A stretch of 55,733 nucleotides of DNA from Nitrospirota bacterium (GTDB lineage Bacteria > Nitrospirota > Thermodesulfovibrionia > Thermodesulfovibrionales > JdFR-85): the NCBI GenBank assembly GCA_015484595.1, contig WFMM01000053.1, positions 1 through 55,733 on the forward strand. The letters are read 5' to 3'. Position numbers and translations under genes: made by a program. The notes below the pieces were generated by a model, which was not told the DNA's origin, did not search any database, and worked only from the letters and a program-made list of their open reading frames with translations. Every line of letters begins with the position of its first letter. The first letter of the stretch is position 1. Of the stretch, positions 1-9,427 are shown in pieces.

Positions 1-2487
1 AGAGAGATAGACCAAAAAACTATCCGTCGTCTCATACTGGTTGACACGAAACAGGCTGACAGACTTGGCCCAATGGCTGAACTGGCAAGGTCAAGGGAGA
101 TAAAAATACACATCTACGACCATCATCCCTTCACAGCAGACGACCTGAGGGGTGAACTGGAGGTGGTTGAAGAGGTAGGTGCCACGACTACCATCTTTGT
201 TGAGTTAATCAGGGAAAAGAGGATACCCCTTAGCCCTGAAGAGGCAACAGTGATGTGTCTTGGTATTTACGAGGAGACAGGCTCTCTCCGTTTCCCCTCC
301 ACCACCGAAAGAGACCTGATGGCAGTGGCCTATCTGCTTAAGAAGGGGGCAGACCTCAGGGTGGTATCCAGATTCATCAGGCTTGAGATGAGCAGAGAGG
401 AACTTGAGCTTCTAAACGAACTGATCAGATCCTCAAGAGACATTGACCTTTATGGACTGAGAATCCGAATCGTTAAGGCCACCCACGACGAGTATCTTGG
501 TGATGCTGCTTACATAGCTCACAGGATAATGGAGATGGAAGACATTGACGCACTATTTATGCTTTTACTGATGGAAGGGAAAATCCTTATCGTTGGCAGG
601 AGCAGGGTTCCAGAGGTGGATGTTGCTTCGGTGCTTGAAAGGTTTGGCGGTGGAGGGCATCCAGTGGCAGCCTCAGCAAGCGTTAAGGAAGGAAGCCTTG
701 AGTTAGTGGAAGAAGAGCTCACCAGGATAATAAACCAGACCGTAAGGCCTGAAAGACAGGCAAAGGACATAATGACCTCACCGGTTATAACCATTTCACA
801 CAACACCACCATAAAGGAAGCTGAACTGATTATGACCCGCTATGGAGTCAATGTGCTTCCTGTGCTTAGGAATGGAAAGTACTTTGGTCTGCTTTCTCGT
901 GAGGTGGTTGAGAAGGCCCTGCTTCATGGCTTTGGAAAAAGCAGGGTTGAGGAGTTTGCAACCACCGATGCTGAAACAACCACGCCAGAGAGGCCGGTTG
1001 AGGAGGTAGAGCAGATAATGATAGAAAAAAATCAGCGTTTCATGCCTGTGCTGAAAGACCAGGAGGTAGTCGGTGCTATCACGAGAACAGACCTTTTAAG
1101 AAACATATACGAGGAGACCCTGAGAAGAAGGCGGATTTCAGAGGAGCATCGGCAGGAAAAGCCCTCCATGGGAAGGAACATAAGGCGATTAATCGAGGAG
1201 CGGTTCCCAGGGGAGGTGGTTGAGATACTTAAGAAGGCAGGTGAGGTGGCTGAAAGGCTTTCCTTCAGGGCCTATCTGGTGGGTGGCTCGGTAAGGGACC
1301 TGCTCAGAGGTGAAAGGAATCTTGATATCGACATAGTGGTGGAGGGAGATGGCATTGAGTTTGCCAGGGCACTCTCTGAGGAGTTCTCTGACGCAAAGCT
1401 CCTTACCCATCGGAGGTTTAACACTGCAAAGCTAAGGGTTAACAGCCTGACCATTGACATTGCAACTGCACGCACCGAGTACTACGAAAAACCTGCCTCC
1501 CTGCCAAAGGTGGAGGTGTCTTCCATAAAGAAGGACCTCTATCGCAGAGACTTCACGATCAATACCCTTGCGGTAGCCCTGAACCCGGGGAGGTTTGGAC
1601 AGCTTCTGGATTACTTTGGCGGTCAAAGGGACCTTAAGGAGCGGACCATTCGGGTGCTTCACAACCTGAGCTTCGTTGAGGACCCCACAAGGGCATTCAG
1701 GGCTGTAAGGTTTGCCGAACGGTTTGGCTTCAGGATAAGTAAGCACACCGAAAAACTGATAAAGTCTGCCCTTCGACTCAGGCTCTTTGAAAGGCTTTCA
1801 GGAACAAGGATATTTGACGAACTCACCCTCACCTTTAAGGAGACTGACCCTGTGGCAGCAATAAAAAGGATGTCAGAGTACGGGCTGCTTTCTGTTATAC
1901 ATCCCGAGCTTAGGTTTACCGATGAACTCAGGGACAGACTCAACGCAATCCACGAGGCACTTATATGGTTTGACCTTCTGTTTTTAGAGGACAGGGTTGA
2001 CAGGGCAAAGGTCTTTATTATGGGGCTTCTTTCTGTGCTTGACAGAGAACAGAGGGCTCAGGCTTTAAAAAGATTGAGCACCCCTGACAAAGAGGCAGAA
2101 AGGATACTTAAGGCAATGGACGAAACCCTCAGGGCAATCAGGACCATCAGGCCCGACGACCCTGTGAGTGTTTATCGGACGCTTTCAGGACTTGCTACAG
2201 AGACCCTCCTTTTTCTCATGGCTGTATCAGGTAAGAGGCTTATACAGAAGGCCATCTCAGATTATCTCCTGAAACTACGGTATGTAAAACCCCTGACAGG
2301 AGGAGAAGACCTGAAAAGGCTTGGAATTAAACCAGGCCCTGTTTACTCTGAGATTCTCAATGCCCTTTTAGATGAAAGGCTCAGGGGAAATCTAAAGACC
2401 AGAGAAGAGGAGTTAGAGTTTGTAAAACGTTATGTAAACAGTCATGGAAAAGAGCTTTCCGGATTATCTGAAAAGATATCTTCCTGA
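1..2487 (+). CDS. DHH/DHHA1-CBS-domain tRNA nucleotidyltransferase (CCA- or A-adding type), 5'-truncated by the window edge
   Basis: Frame is open from base 1 (REIDQKTIRRLILVDT...). Contains DHH motif (IYDHHP), GGGHPVAASA (DHHA1), a CBS pair, and class II nucleotidyltransferase motifs GGSVRD..DIDIVV, ARTEYY, DLYRRDFTIN, EDPTRAFRAVRF. Confidence 0.9.
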   Translation, partial: REIDQKTIRRLILVDTKQADRLGPMAELARSREIKIHIYDHHPFTADDLRGELEVVEEVGATTTIFVELIREKRIPLSPEEATVMCLGIYEETGSLRFPSTTERDLMAVAYLLKKGADLRVVSRFIRLEMSREELELLNELIRSSRDIDLYGLRIRIVKATHDEYLGDAAYIAHRIMEMEDIDALFMLLLMEGKILIVGRSRVPEVDVASVLERFGGGGHPVAASASVKEGSLELVEEELTRIINQTVRPERQAKDIMTSPVITISHNTTIKEAELIMTRYGVNVLPVLRNGKYFGLLSREVVEKALLHGFGKSRVEEFATTDAETTTPERPVEEVEQIMIEKNQRFMPVLKDQEVVGAITRTDLLRNIYEETLRRRRISEEHRQEKPSMGRNIRRLIEERFPGEVVEILKKAGEVAERLSFRAYLVGGSVRDLLRGERNLDIDIVVEGDGIEFARALSEEFSDAKLLTHRRFNTAKLRVNSLTIDIATARTEYYEKPASLPKVEVSSIKKDLYRRDFTINTLAVALNPGRFGQLLDYFGGQRDLKERTIRVLHNLSFVEDPTRAFRAVRFAERFGFRISKHTEKLIKSALRLRLFERLSGTRIFDELTLTFKETDPVAAIKRMSEYGLLSVIHPELRFTDELRDRLNAIHEALIWFDLLFLEDRVDRAKVFIMGLLSVLDREQRAQALKRLSTPDKEAERILKAMDETLRAIRTIRPDDPVSVYRTLSGLATETLLFLMAVSGKRLIQKAISDYLLKLRYVKPLTGGEDLKRLGIKPGPVYSEILNALLDERLRGNLKTREEELEFVKRYVNSHGKELSGLSEKISS

Positions 2488-3550
2488 AAACAGAATAAAC
2501 AGTGACAACCTTCAGTCACTTCAGTATGAGGGGCTACAGTATTTTCGCCTTAAAAAGGACATCTCGGGTTATCCAAGAGGAACGGTCTTTACCGAGGGTG
2601 CCTTAGTGCAGGGATACCAACGAATAAAGAGGATACTTGCACTTAAGGAAGGGATAAGACGGTACATAAAAGGTGAGTTCTATGTTGAAGAAAAGATGGA
2701 TGGCTACAATGTGAGGATTAAAAGGATAAAAGACAGGGTTTACACCTTCACGAGAGGAGGTTTTATCTGTCCCTTCACAATGGACAGGCTTGAGGATTTT
2801 ATCAGTCTGAGTTTCTTTGAGAGATACCCTGACCTTACCCTCTGTGCAGAGGTGGTGGGCCCTGAAAACCCCTACAACTCTGAGCCTGCACCTTACATTA
2901 AAGAAGACATAGCCTTTTTCGTATTCGATGTAAAAGACCCAGCTGGAAGGAGCCTTCCGCTTCCTGAGAGATACAGTATCTACGAAGACCAGTCCCTCAA
3001 TTCTGTGAAAAGGTGGGGGCCCTTTACCCTTAAGGACACAGAAAAAATAAAGGACATCATCAGAGAGCTCGACAGCCTTCAAAGAGAGGGCATAGTCATA
3101 AAGGATATCCATGCAAGGGAAGAGTTAAAATATGTTACCCCTGGCTCTTGCATTCGCGACATAAGGGCCACTGCACATCTGATACCAGAGATACCAGGTG
3201 GATTCTACATCCAGAGGCTTATCAGGCTTGCCATGACATTAAGGGAGTTTGGAATCCCCTTAAGTGAAAGCCTCTTTGTCGAAACTGGCAGGGCACTTTT
3301 AGAGCCCTTTAACGAAAGCCTTGAGGCAGTGGAGAATGCCGAAAGGATAAAAGAGGTATTCCGTATCAGGGTAAACAGAAAGGAGACCATAGACAGGCTC
3401 TTTCATCATTTAAAGAAGACAGGAATAAGTGCAAAGCTCATATCGGTTGAAAAAGAAAAGGACAAATACAGGGTAACCTTCACAAGGACCTTTCCAAAGG
3501 GCACAAAACTCTTGAGGCGCGCACTGAGGGGCTATGGTTTTTATGACTAA
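2444..3550 (+). CDS. ATP-dependent RNA ligase, Rnl3/Pab1020 family
   Basis: Motif I EKMDGYNVR, TRGGFICPFT, CAEVVGPENPY, FFVFDV, REGIVIK, LKYVT; 368 aa as in Rnl3 ligases. Confidence 0.85.
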   Translation: MEKSFPDYLKRYLPENRINSDNLQSLQYEGLQYFRLKKDISGYPRGTVFTEGALVQGYQRIKRILALKEGIRRYIKGEFYVEEKMDGYNVRIKRIKDRVYTFTRGGFICPFTMDRLEDFISLSFFERYPDLTLCAEVVGPENPYNSEPAPYIKEDIAFFVFDVKDPAGRSLPLPERYSIYEDQSLNSVKRWGPFTLKDTEKIKDIIRELDSLQREGIVIKDIHAREELKYVTPGSCIRDIRATAHLIPEIPGGFYIQRLIRLAMTLREFGIPLSESLFVETGRALLEPFNESLEAVENAERIKEVFRIRVNRKETIDRLFHHLKKTGISAKLISVEKEKDKYRVTFTRTFPKGTKLLRRALRGYGFYD

Positions 3551-4182
3551 ACCCCTGCCTTTGCCTTTTTGATTGCACTGAGGAGATAATCTCTGAACTT
3601 CTCAGGGAAAAGCCACTTGATTCCCAGTTTCTCAGCCCACTTTATGACGCCCTGGTCTGCCGTTACAAGCAATGCGTCAAGCTCTCTGGCAAGAAGTATC
3701 AGGTCAACATCCTCTTTGGAGTCAATAATTCCCTCCCTCAGTGCCTCACGATACTTCTTTCTTAAATCCTTTATCACCTGAGAGGTGTCCTTTTTGCCGC
3801 TGTCTCTTACCGCTGTTTCAGCAACCCTGAGGCCCTTGTTTATCCTGTTTCGGATGTCCTCAATCAGCTCGTAAAGCAGAAAGGCAGGAAACATTAACTC
3901 ATATCTGCTTGGGGGTTTTTGATGAAGGATTATCAGGAGGTCTCCAGGTATCCTTTCTCTGTCTATAAAGTTCAGAAGTTCCTTGAATATAGAGGGAGGC
4001 ATGTAAAACTCAAGTATGGGTATCTGGGCTGCAAGAAAAAGAAAACCCTCCAGTGCCTCGGTGGGGTTGTCACCAAAGTACTTTCTTACATCAGGATTTA
4101 CAAACAGACTGGTATCAAGAACAACCCTGCCAATCCTTGGTGGTTTTAGCTGACTGTCATACAGATTACTCTTTTTTATCAA
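3547..4182 (-). CDS. RNA-free ribonuclease P (HARP, aq_880-like PIN-domain protein)
   Basis: VLDTSLFVNP, FYMPPS, IRNRINKGLRVAE, YREALREGIIDSKEDVDLILLA.EL..LLVTAD.G..WAEKLG. Start is uncertain: TTG at 4182 chosen, ORF track extends to 4272. Confidence 0.9.
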   Translation of the reverse strand: MIKKSNLYDSQLKPPRIGRVVLDTSLFVNPDVRKYFGDNPTEALEGFLFLAAQIPILEFYMPPSIFKELLNFIDRERIPGDLLIILHQKPPSRYELMFPAFLLYELIEDIRNRINKGLRVAETAVRDSGKKDTSQVIKDLRKKYREALREGIIDSKEDVDLILLARELDALLVTADQGVIKWAEKLGIKWLFPEKFRDYLLSAIKKAKAGV

Positions 4183-5485
4183 CTTTACAGGTTCCGTAAA
4201 GATTGAATGTAAAGGTGTTCCACTCTTTGCAGGATGGACACCTTGCTGAGTATTTATCTCCAATGTATCCACAACTGTTACAGCAATAGGGTATCTTCAG
4301 GATAGAGCCAATGTTAAGGGTATCTATAAACTCCTGTGAAGCCCTGTCGTACTGGCCACGCTTGTGGAAAATCATACCTTTCATCATTGAAATCTCAGAC
4401 GACAGATTGGGGTCATCAATGCTTTCCAGGGTTTCAAGTGCATCATCAAGCATCTCTAACCTGTAGTAAAGCTTGGCAAGAAGGAACTTCATGGTGCTGT
4501 CAGCACCTGAGGCTATTGCATCCTGATAGATGTTTATAATCCTTGAGGGGTCTCCCCTCTTAAGCAGTAACTCCTCAAGCCTTGCAGCAAGCACCAGAGA
4601 GCCCTGTCGTTTAAAGACATCTTCAAGGTAGTTAATTGCCTCATCCTGACGGTTTTCCCTGAGCATTATCTTAGCTATGGCAAGATGAGCAGGCACAAAG
4701 GAGTCGTCCTGTTTGAGTAACGACCTGAGCCCCTTTGAGGCCCTGTCAAACTGGGCTTTATCTGCTATCTCTCTATACAGTTCAAAACTGTATCCCCTAA
4801 GACGCTCTTCAATGGCCCTTTTCTGTCCCTCATCATTAACCTTCTTAAGCAGTGCCCTGTGTAGCTCCACAAGCTCTTCCCATCTGTTAAGGCTGTCAAG
4901 GATTTCACACTTTTTGTAAAGGGCTCTAAGGTTGTCGGGGTCCTCCTTAAGCACATCGTTTATCAGATTGAGTGCCTCCTCGGTATTACCCTGCCTTGTC
5001 TTTATCTCTGCTAACTGAAAAAGCAGATAGGCGGTCTCACCTTCCATACCAAGGGCCTTCCTGAAATAGTTTTCTGCCTTAGGAAGCTCTCCCCTCTCAA
5101 GGTATAGCTCTCCTAACCTTATAAGGGCCTCCCGATTGTTTTCATCCTCAGCTGTTATCTCCTTTAGCAGGGAGATCGCCTGCTCTGTCTTTCCTGCATT
5201 CAGCGCGGAACTCGCCTCTGAAAAGAGTCTCTGAAGCTTTCTGTGTTTCTTCTGGCGTCTTTTTGTCTGAAGGGAGTTAAAGAACCTCTTTGTATCCCTT
5301 ACTGCGTATATGGCAAAAACAAAGACAGCCCCGAGGCCAAAGGATATAAGCATCAGCAGTATCTTTGAAACCTGGTAGAAGGTGTTTTCAGAGAGATAGA
5401 CATCAACCACCTCACGATTGTAGATGGCAAGGTAACCTGCTGCCACAACGAAAAGAAACAGTAAAAAGGCCGTAAACTTACTCAT
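4166..5485 (-). CDS. lapB: LapB-like lipopolysaccharide assembly protein (N-terminal LapA-like TM region, TPRs, C-terminal rubredoxin Cys motifs)
   Basis: Two N-terminal TM helices, TPR repeats, C-terminal CxxCG...CPxC..W. Confidence 0.7.
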   Translation of the reverse strand: MSKFTAFLLFLFVVAAGYLAIYNREVVDVYLSENTFYQVSKILLMLISFGLGAVFVFAIYAVRDTKRFFNSLQTKRRQKKHRKLQRLFSEASSALNAGKTEQAISLLKEITAEDENNREALIRLGELYLERGELPKAENYFRKALGMEGETAYLLFQLAEIKTRQGNTEEALNLINDVLKEDPDNLRALYKKCEILDSLNRWEELVELHRALLKKVNDEGQKRAIEERLRGYSFELYREIADKAQFDRASKGLRSLLKQDDSFVPAHLAIAKIMLRENRQDEAINYLEDVFKRQGSLVLAARLEELLLKRGDPSRIINIYQDAIASGADSTMKFLLAKLYYRLEMLDDALETLESIDDPNLSSEISMMKGMIFHKRGQYDRASQEFIDTLNIGSILKIPYCCNSCGYIGDKYSARCPSCKEWNTFTFNLYGTCKVDKKE

Positions 5486-5925
5486 CAGTGATGATACCTC
5501 ATTCCTTTCTTTATTGTTATTGCCCTGTAAATCTGCTCCAAGAGCACGAGACGGGCAAGCTCATGGGTCATGGTCATGGGTGAAAGAGAGATTATGTCCA
5601 TTGCCCTTTGCTCAACCTCCTTTGATACCCCAAAGGGACCGCCTATAACCATTACTGCTCTATCCACTGAAAAGAGATACTCGGAAAACTCCAGAGAGTT
5701 CATAAGCCTTCCCTTTTCGGAAAGCAAAATGTACTCAGGGGCTTTCCTTAAGATCCTTTCAGCCTCTCTGAGCCTTGCCCTTTCTGAGTCCTTACCCTTT
5801 TCCTCCTTTAACTCTATCACCTCTAAGCTCAGGAATCTCTTTATGAGCCCTGTGTACTTCTTAATACCTTCCCTTACAAAGGGTTCCTTTGTCCTGCCAA
5901 CCCAGAGGATGCTAATCTTTCTCAA
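5485..5925 (-). CDS. rlmH: 23S rRNA pseudouridine-1915 N3-methyltransferase RlmH
   Basis: IGGPFG, SLSPMTMTHELARLVLLEQIYRA..I..G..YHH. Confidence 0.95.
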   Translation of the reverse strand: MRKISILWVGRTKEPFVREGIKKYTGLIKRFLSLEVIELKEEKGKDSERARLREAERILRKAPEYILLSEKGRLMNSLEFSEYLFSVDRAVMVIGGPFGVSKEVEQRAMDIISLSPMTMTHELARLVLLEQIYRAITIKKGMRYHH

Positions 5926-6259
5926 AATCTATCCTCGGGGCGTCTATCCAGAGCTTTTCGATCTGGTAATAATCTCTTGTCTCCTCCTCAAAAACATGCA
6001 CGATCACATCTGCAAAATCCAACAAAACCCACTTGCTGAAGTTGTATCCTTCAACTGAGGAGGGTCTGATACCCTTTTTTTTCATCTCTTCTTCTATGTA
6101 ATCGACTATGGCTCTTACCTGTGTGGTGCTTTCACCTGAACACACTACAAAGTAATCGGTGATTATAGAGAGATGCTTGAGCTCAAGGACCTCTATGTCC
6201 TTTGCTTTTTTCTCTTTAGCTAATTTTACTATAAACTCTGCCTTCCTGATACTTTCTAT
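5912..6259 (-). CDS. rsfS: Ribosome silencing factor RsfS (Iojap); start codon apparently non-canonical (ATA at 6259)
   Basis: Frame extends upstream of the ORF-track GTG as IESIRKAEFIVKLAKEKKAKDIEVLELKHLSIITDYFVVCSG. Has WVLLDFADVIVHVF and YYQIEKLW. Sits in the nadD-rsfS-rlmH context. Confidence 0.9.
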   Translation of the reverse strand: MESIRKAEFIVKLAKEKKAKDIEVLELKHLSIITDYFVVCSGESTTQVRAIVDYIEEEMKKKGIRPSSVEGYNFSKWVLLDFADVIVHVFEEETRDYYQIEKLWIDAPRIDFEKD

Positions 6260-6279
6260 CTTTCTCTTACCCCCTGCTT

Positions 6280-6936
6280 TCAGTCTCTGTACAATCCTTT
6301 AGAAATTATATATGATTCTACTGATTCAGGCAACAGGTATTTTATACTTCCCCCCTTTTTTATAAGATTTCTTATCTCGGAAGCTGATATGTTTAGCCCC
6401 ATAACGGGAAGCACATAGAGGGTCCGTCCACTGGTAAGCTCAAACCTCTTTATCCCCTTTTCTGTCTTTTCAGAGCCCTTTACGATGTATGGTGAGCTGT
6501 AAATCTCCGAGATGTCGTGGGTGGGTCTGTTGACAACTGCTATATCCGTAAGTCTGATAACTTCCTCAGGTCTGTACCAGAGCGTAAGCTCAAGAAACGA
6601 ATCAATTCCCATTATGAAGACAGACCCCTTACCCAAACCAGGGGTCTCCTCTATCTCCCTCAGGGTATAAACCGTATAAGAAGGCCCCTTTCTCCTTAAC
6701 TCGATCTCGGAAAGCTCGAAGCAGGGATTTCCCTTGATGGCCATCTTTACCATCTGGAGTCTGTCATCGGCACCAGCCACATCCTCCTTCTTCAGGGGAG
6801 GAATGGAGGAGGGGATAAAAAGAATCTTTTTTAAGGAAAGTCTCTGTCTAACCTCCTCAGCAAGCCTAAGATGACCAAAGTGGATGGGATTAAAGGTGCC
6901 ACCAAAGATTCCTATCTGCGGTTTATGGTTGCTCAA
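6280..6936 (-). CDS. nadD: Nicotinate-nucleotide adenylyltransferase
   Basis: GIFGGTFNPIHFGHL, SYTVYTL, ISASEIR, IKYLLP. Confidence 0.95.
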   Translation of the reverse strand: MSNHKPQIGIFGGTFNPIHFGHLRLAEEVRQRLSLKKILFIPSSIPPLKKEDVAGADDRLQMVKMAIKGNPCFELSEIELRRKGPSYTVYTLREIEETPGLGKGSVFIMGIDSFLELTLWYRPEEVIRLTDIAVVNRPTHDISEIYSSPYIVKGSEKTEKGIKRFELTSGRTLYVLPVMGLNISASEIRNLIKKGGSIKYLLPESVESYIISKGLYRD

Positions 6937-6950
6937 AGAAAAGCCGACCC

Positions 6951-7142
6951 CTATTCAGTAATGGTAATTGCCTCAACAGGACAGTTCTCCTCTGCAGCCT
7001 CACAGCATCCCACATAATCGCAGGCATCGGGGTCTATCACCCTTGATTTACCTATCTCTTCATCCAGCATGAAAACCGCAGGGCATATCTCTGCACAATT
7101 ACCACAGCCAATGCATTTATCTTCGTCAATGGTTATCTTCAT
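6951..7142 (-). CDS. Small ferredoxin (single 4Fe-4S type)
   Basis: CIGCGNCAEICP and ENCPVEAI; 63 aa. Confidence 0.9.
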   Translation of the reverse strand: MKITIDEDKCIGCGNCAEICPAVFMLDEEIGKSRVIDPDACDYVGCCEAAEENCPVEAITITE

Positions 7143-7151
7143 AACGGATAA

Positions 7152-7892
7152 TTATAACAAATAAAAGAGCAAAAAGATAATCTCGTTTATCTCTGCCACT
7201 GTGCCGAGGGTATCACCTGTAAGTCCACCAAATCGCCTTGAAAAATAAGAAACCATCCCAAGGGTTACCAGAAGACAAAAAAGCAAGGATGCCCATCCCC
7301 TGAATACCGAGGCAAACAGAAGCACCGCCAGCACGGTGCTCAGGGTGGCTTTCAGAAACTGACCTCTTCCTGTGTGTTTTACAAAGATGTACCCAAGCCC
7401 CTCGGTCTTAGCTGCCTTTCCGTAAAACATGGCAACCACCATTGCCCAGGCACCTGCCATCGGGAATACCACCAGTGAATCAGGACGCCCTGACTCTATT
7501 GCCAGTGAAAACAGTGCAAACTTAAGAATCAACACAAGTATCAATGCAGTAACCCCGGCAGGTCCTGAGGTGCTTTCTTTCATGATACGAAGGCAGTCAT
7601 CAGTCTCCTTCCGTGATGCAATGGCATCGAAGGTGTCGGAAAGTCCGTCAAGGTGAAAGGCACCGTTTATAAGCACATGGGCAATAAGTATCAGTGCAGC
7701 CGTTATCTCTACAGAAAAGAGGTTGTGTAGCAGAAGATAAATCCAGTAAAGTATCACACCTCTAATCAGTCCCACTATGGGAAATGACGAGGTCGAGCCC
7801 CCTATCTCCTCTTCACTGCATTTAAGGGGCTCAGGATAGGGCAGGGGCAGTATGGTAAGAAAGGAAAGGGCATACATAAGGCTTTTTAGCAT
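7152..7892 (-). CDS. cobS: Adenosylcobinamide-GDP ribazoletransferase (cobalamin synthase)
   Basis: [32 protein letters not shown]; hydrophobic. Confidence 0.93.
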   Translation of the reverse strand: MLKSLMYALSFLTILPLPYPEPLKCSEEEIGGSTSSFPIVGLIRGVILYWIYLLLHNLFSVEITAALILIAHVLINGAFHLDGLSDTFDAIASRKETDDCLRIMKESTSGPAGVTALILVLILKFALFSLAIESGRPDSLVVFPMAGAWAMVVAMFYGKAAKTEGLGYIFVKHTGRGQFLKATLSTVLAVLLFASVFRGWASLLFCLLVTLGMVSYFSRRFGGLTGDTLGTVAEINEIIFLLFYLL

Positions 7893-8944
7893 TGTTTTTC
7901 TCCCGTGACTCCTGCCTCGTCAAAGGTTGCCATCTCGCGGTATATCTTAAGCCCTGCGTCTATAATTGTCATTGCCAGGGCTGCACCAGTGCCCTCGCCG
8001 AGTCTGAGGTCAAGGTCAAGTATTGGCCTTAGGCCCATGTGCTCAAGCATAACCCTGTGTCCAACCTCCTGAGAGTTATGGGCTGCAAACATGTAATCCC
8101 TGACAGAGGGATTCAGTGCATAGGCTATCAATGCCCCAGCAGTTGAGATGAAGCCATCCACCACAACTGGCAGTCCAAGGGAGGCAGCACCGAGGCAGAG
8201 CCCTGCAATGCCACCTATTTCAGCTCCACCTACCTTTGAGAGCACATCAACAGGGTCTGAAGGGTCTGGACTGTTTATCTCTATTGCCCTTTTTATCACA
8301 TCAACCTTTCTCTTAAGTGCCTCATCCCCTATACCCGTCCCCCTTCCTGTTACCTCAGAGACATCCCTGCCTGTAATAACGGCTGCAATTGCAGAAGAGG
8401 GTGTGGTGTTTGCAATGCCCATCTCTCCTGTTGCAAACATCCTGTATCCCCTTTCAGCGTACTGTCTGGCAAGCTCCACTCCCACCTCAATACATCCAAG
8501 TGCCTCTTCACGGCTCATAGCAGGCCCCTTTGCCATGTTTTTCGTTCCATAGAGGACCTTTCTCTTTTCAAGCCCCTGGATGTCCTCAAAGTCGTGGTTT
8601 ACTCCGATGTCTACTACCACCACCTCTGCACCTGCATGACGGGCAAGCACATTTATTCCAGCACCACCATTTATGAAGTTAAAGACCATCTGACGGGTTA
8701 CCTCTGAGGGATAGGCTGAGACACCCTCCTCAGCAACACCGTGGTCACCTGCAAAGGTAAAGACCACCTTGCGGGGGATGTCGGGCATTGTGTCTTTGTA
8801 GATGGCCACGAGCCTTCGGGCAAACTCCTCAAGCCTCCCAAGGCTTCCAGGAGGTTTTGTAAGATTATCAAGCCTCTTTTGAGCAATCTCATAAAGGGAA
8901 CTATCCACTGGTTTAATACTTTTCAGGACATCCTCAAGCACCAT
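7886..8944 (-). CDS. cobT: Nicotinate-nucleotide-dimethylbenzimidazole phosphoribosyltransferase
   Basis: [37 protein letters not shown]. Confidence 0.96.
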   Translation of the reverse strand: MVLEDVLKSIKPVDSSLYEIAQKRLDNLTKPPGSLGRLEEFARRLVAIYKDTMPDIPRKVVFTFAGDHGVAEEGVSAYPSEVTRQMVFNFINGGAGINVLARHAGAEVVVVDIGVNHDFEDIQGLEKRKVLYGTKNMAKGPAMSREEALGCIEVGVELARQYAERGYRMFATGEMGIANTTPSSAIAAVITGRDVSEVTGRGTGIGDEALKRKVDVIKRAIEINSPDPSDPVDVLSKVGGAEIGGIAGLCLGAASLGLPVVVDGFISTAGALIAYALNPSVRDYMFAAHNSQEVGHRVMLEHMGLRPILDLDLRLGEGTGAALAMTIIDAGLKIYREMATFDEAGVTGEKQC

Positions 8945-9050
8945 GACTCTCTCCTCCTGTGCATATTTGTAATTAAAACCAAACAGGATTAATTATACAA
9001 TATCTAAACCCTTATAAGTCTTGCACAAAGATAGGTATATTTCTTAATAT

Positions 9051-9204
9051 GCACAGCGAGCGCACATATCTGCTCTTTGGGTATCTCGCATTCAGACCGG
9101 CCTTAATGATTGACCCGACCTCCGAAAATCCTTTAAAATGCATAGTGTAGCATTTGCAAAGCGAATCAGATCAATAGGGCATTTCCTTACATTCGCATGC
9201 TGTG
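9051..9204 (+). ncRNA. Candidate structured non-coding RNA upstream of tRNA-Leu (identity unknown)
   Basis: Long-range pairing CACAGCGAGCG/CGCATGCTGTG, TGCTCT-TTG/CAA-T-AGGGCA, TCGC/GCGA, and hairpin AAATGC-N8-GCATTT. Promoter-like TTGCAC..TAATAT just upstream. Strand not certain. Confidence 0.3.
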
Positions 9205-9227
9205 AAAGAGGCATGTTAATCAACCAA

Positions 9228-9312
<85 letters not shown>

Positions 9313-9379
9313 CTGAAAAATAAAAAGCTGTCGTTTTAAAGCCTCCCTGAAACAACCCTCAGCCGCAGGGATGTTTTTC

Positions 9380-9408
9380 TTGACAAATACTATACATTTG
9401 TATAGTAT
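9380..9408 (+). promoter_or_regulatory. sigma70 promoter of lexA with overlapping palindromic operator (candidate LexA box)
   Basis: TTGACA (9380-9385), 17 bp spacer, TAGTAT (9403-9408). Perfect inverted repeat ATACTATACA-TT-TGTATAGTAT at 9387-9408. Confidence 0.75.
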
Positions 9409-9427
9409 ATATAAAAAGGGGTGTTTT

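Noticed and set aside
8945-9227. Cobalamin riboswitch upstream of cobT
   Set aside because: Expected location, but no GGGAA/CCCGC-ACTGT/GCCACTG/B12-box motifs on the minus strand.
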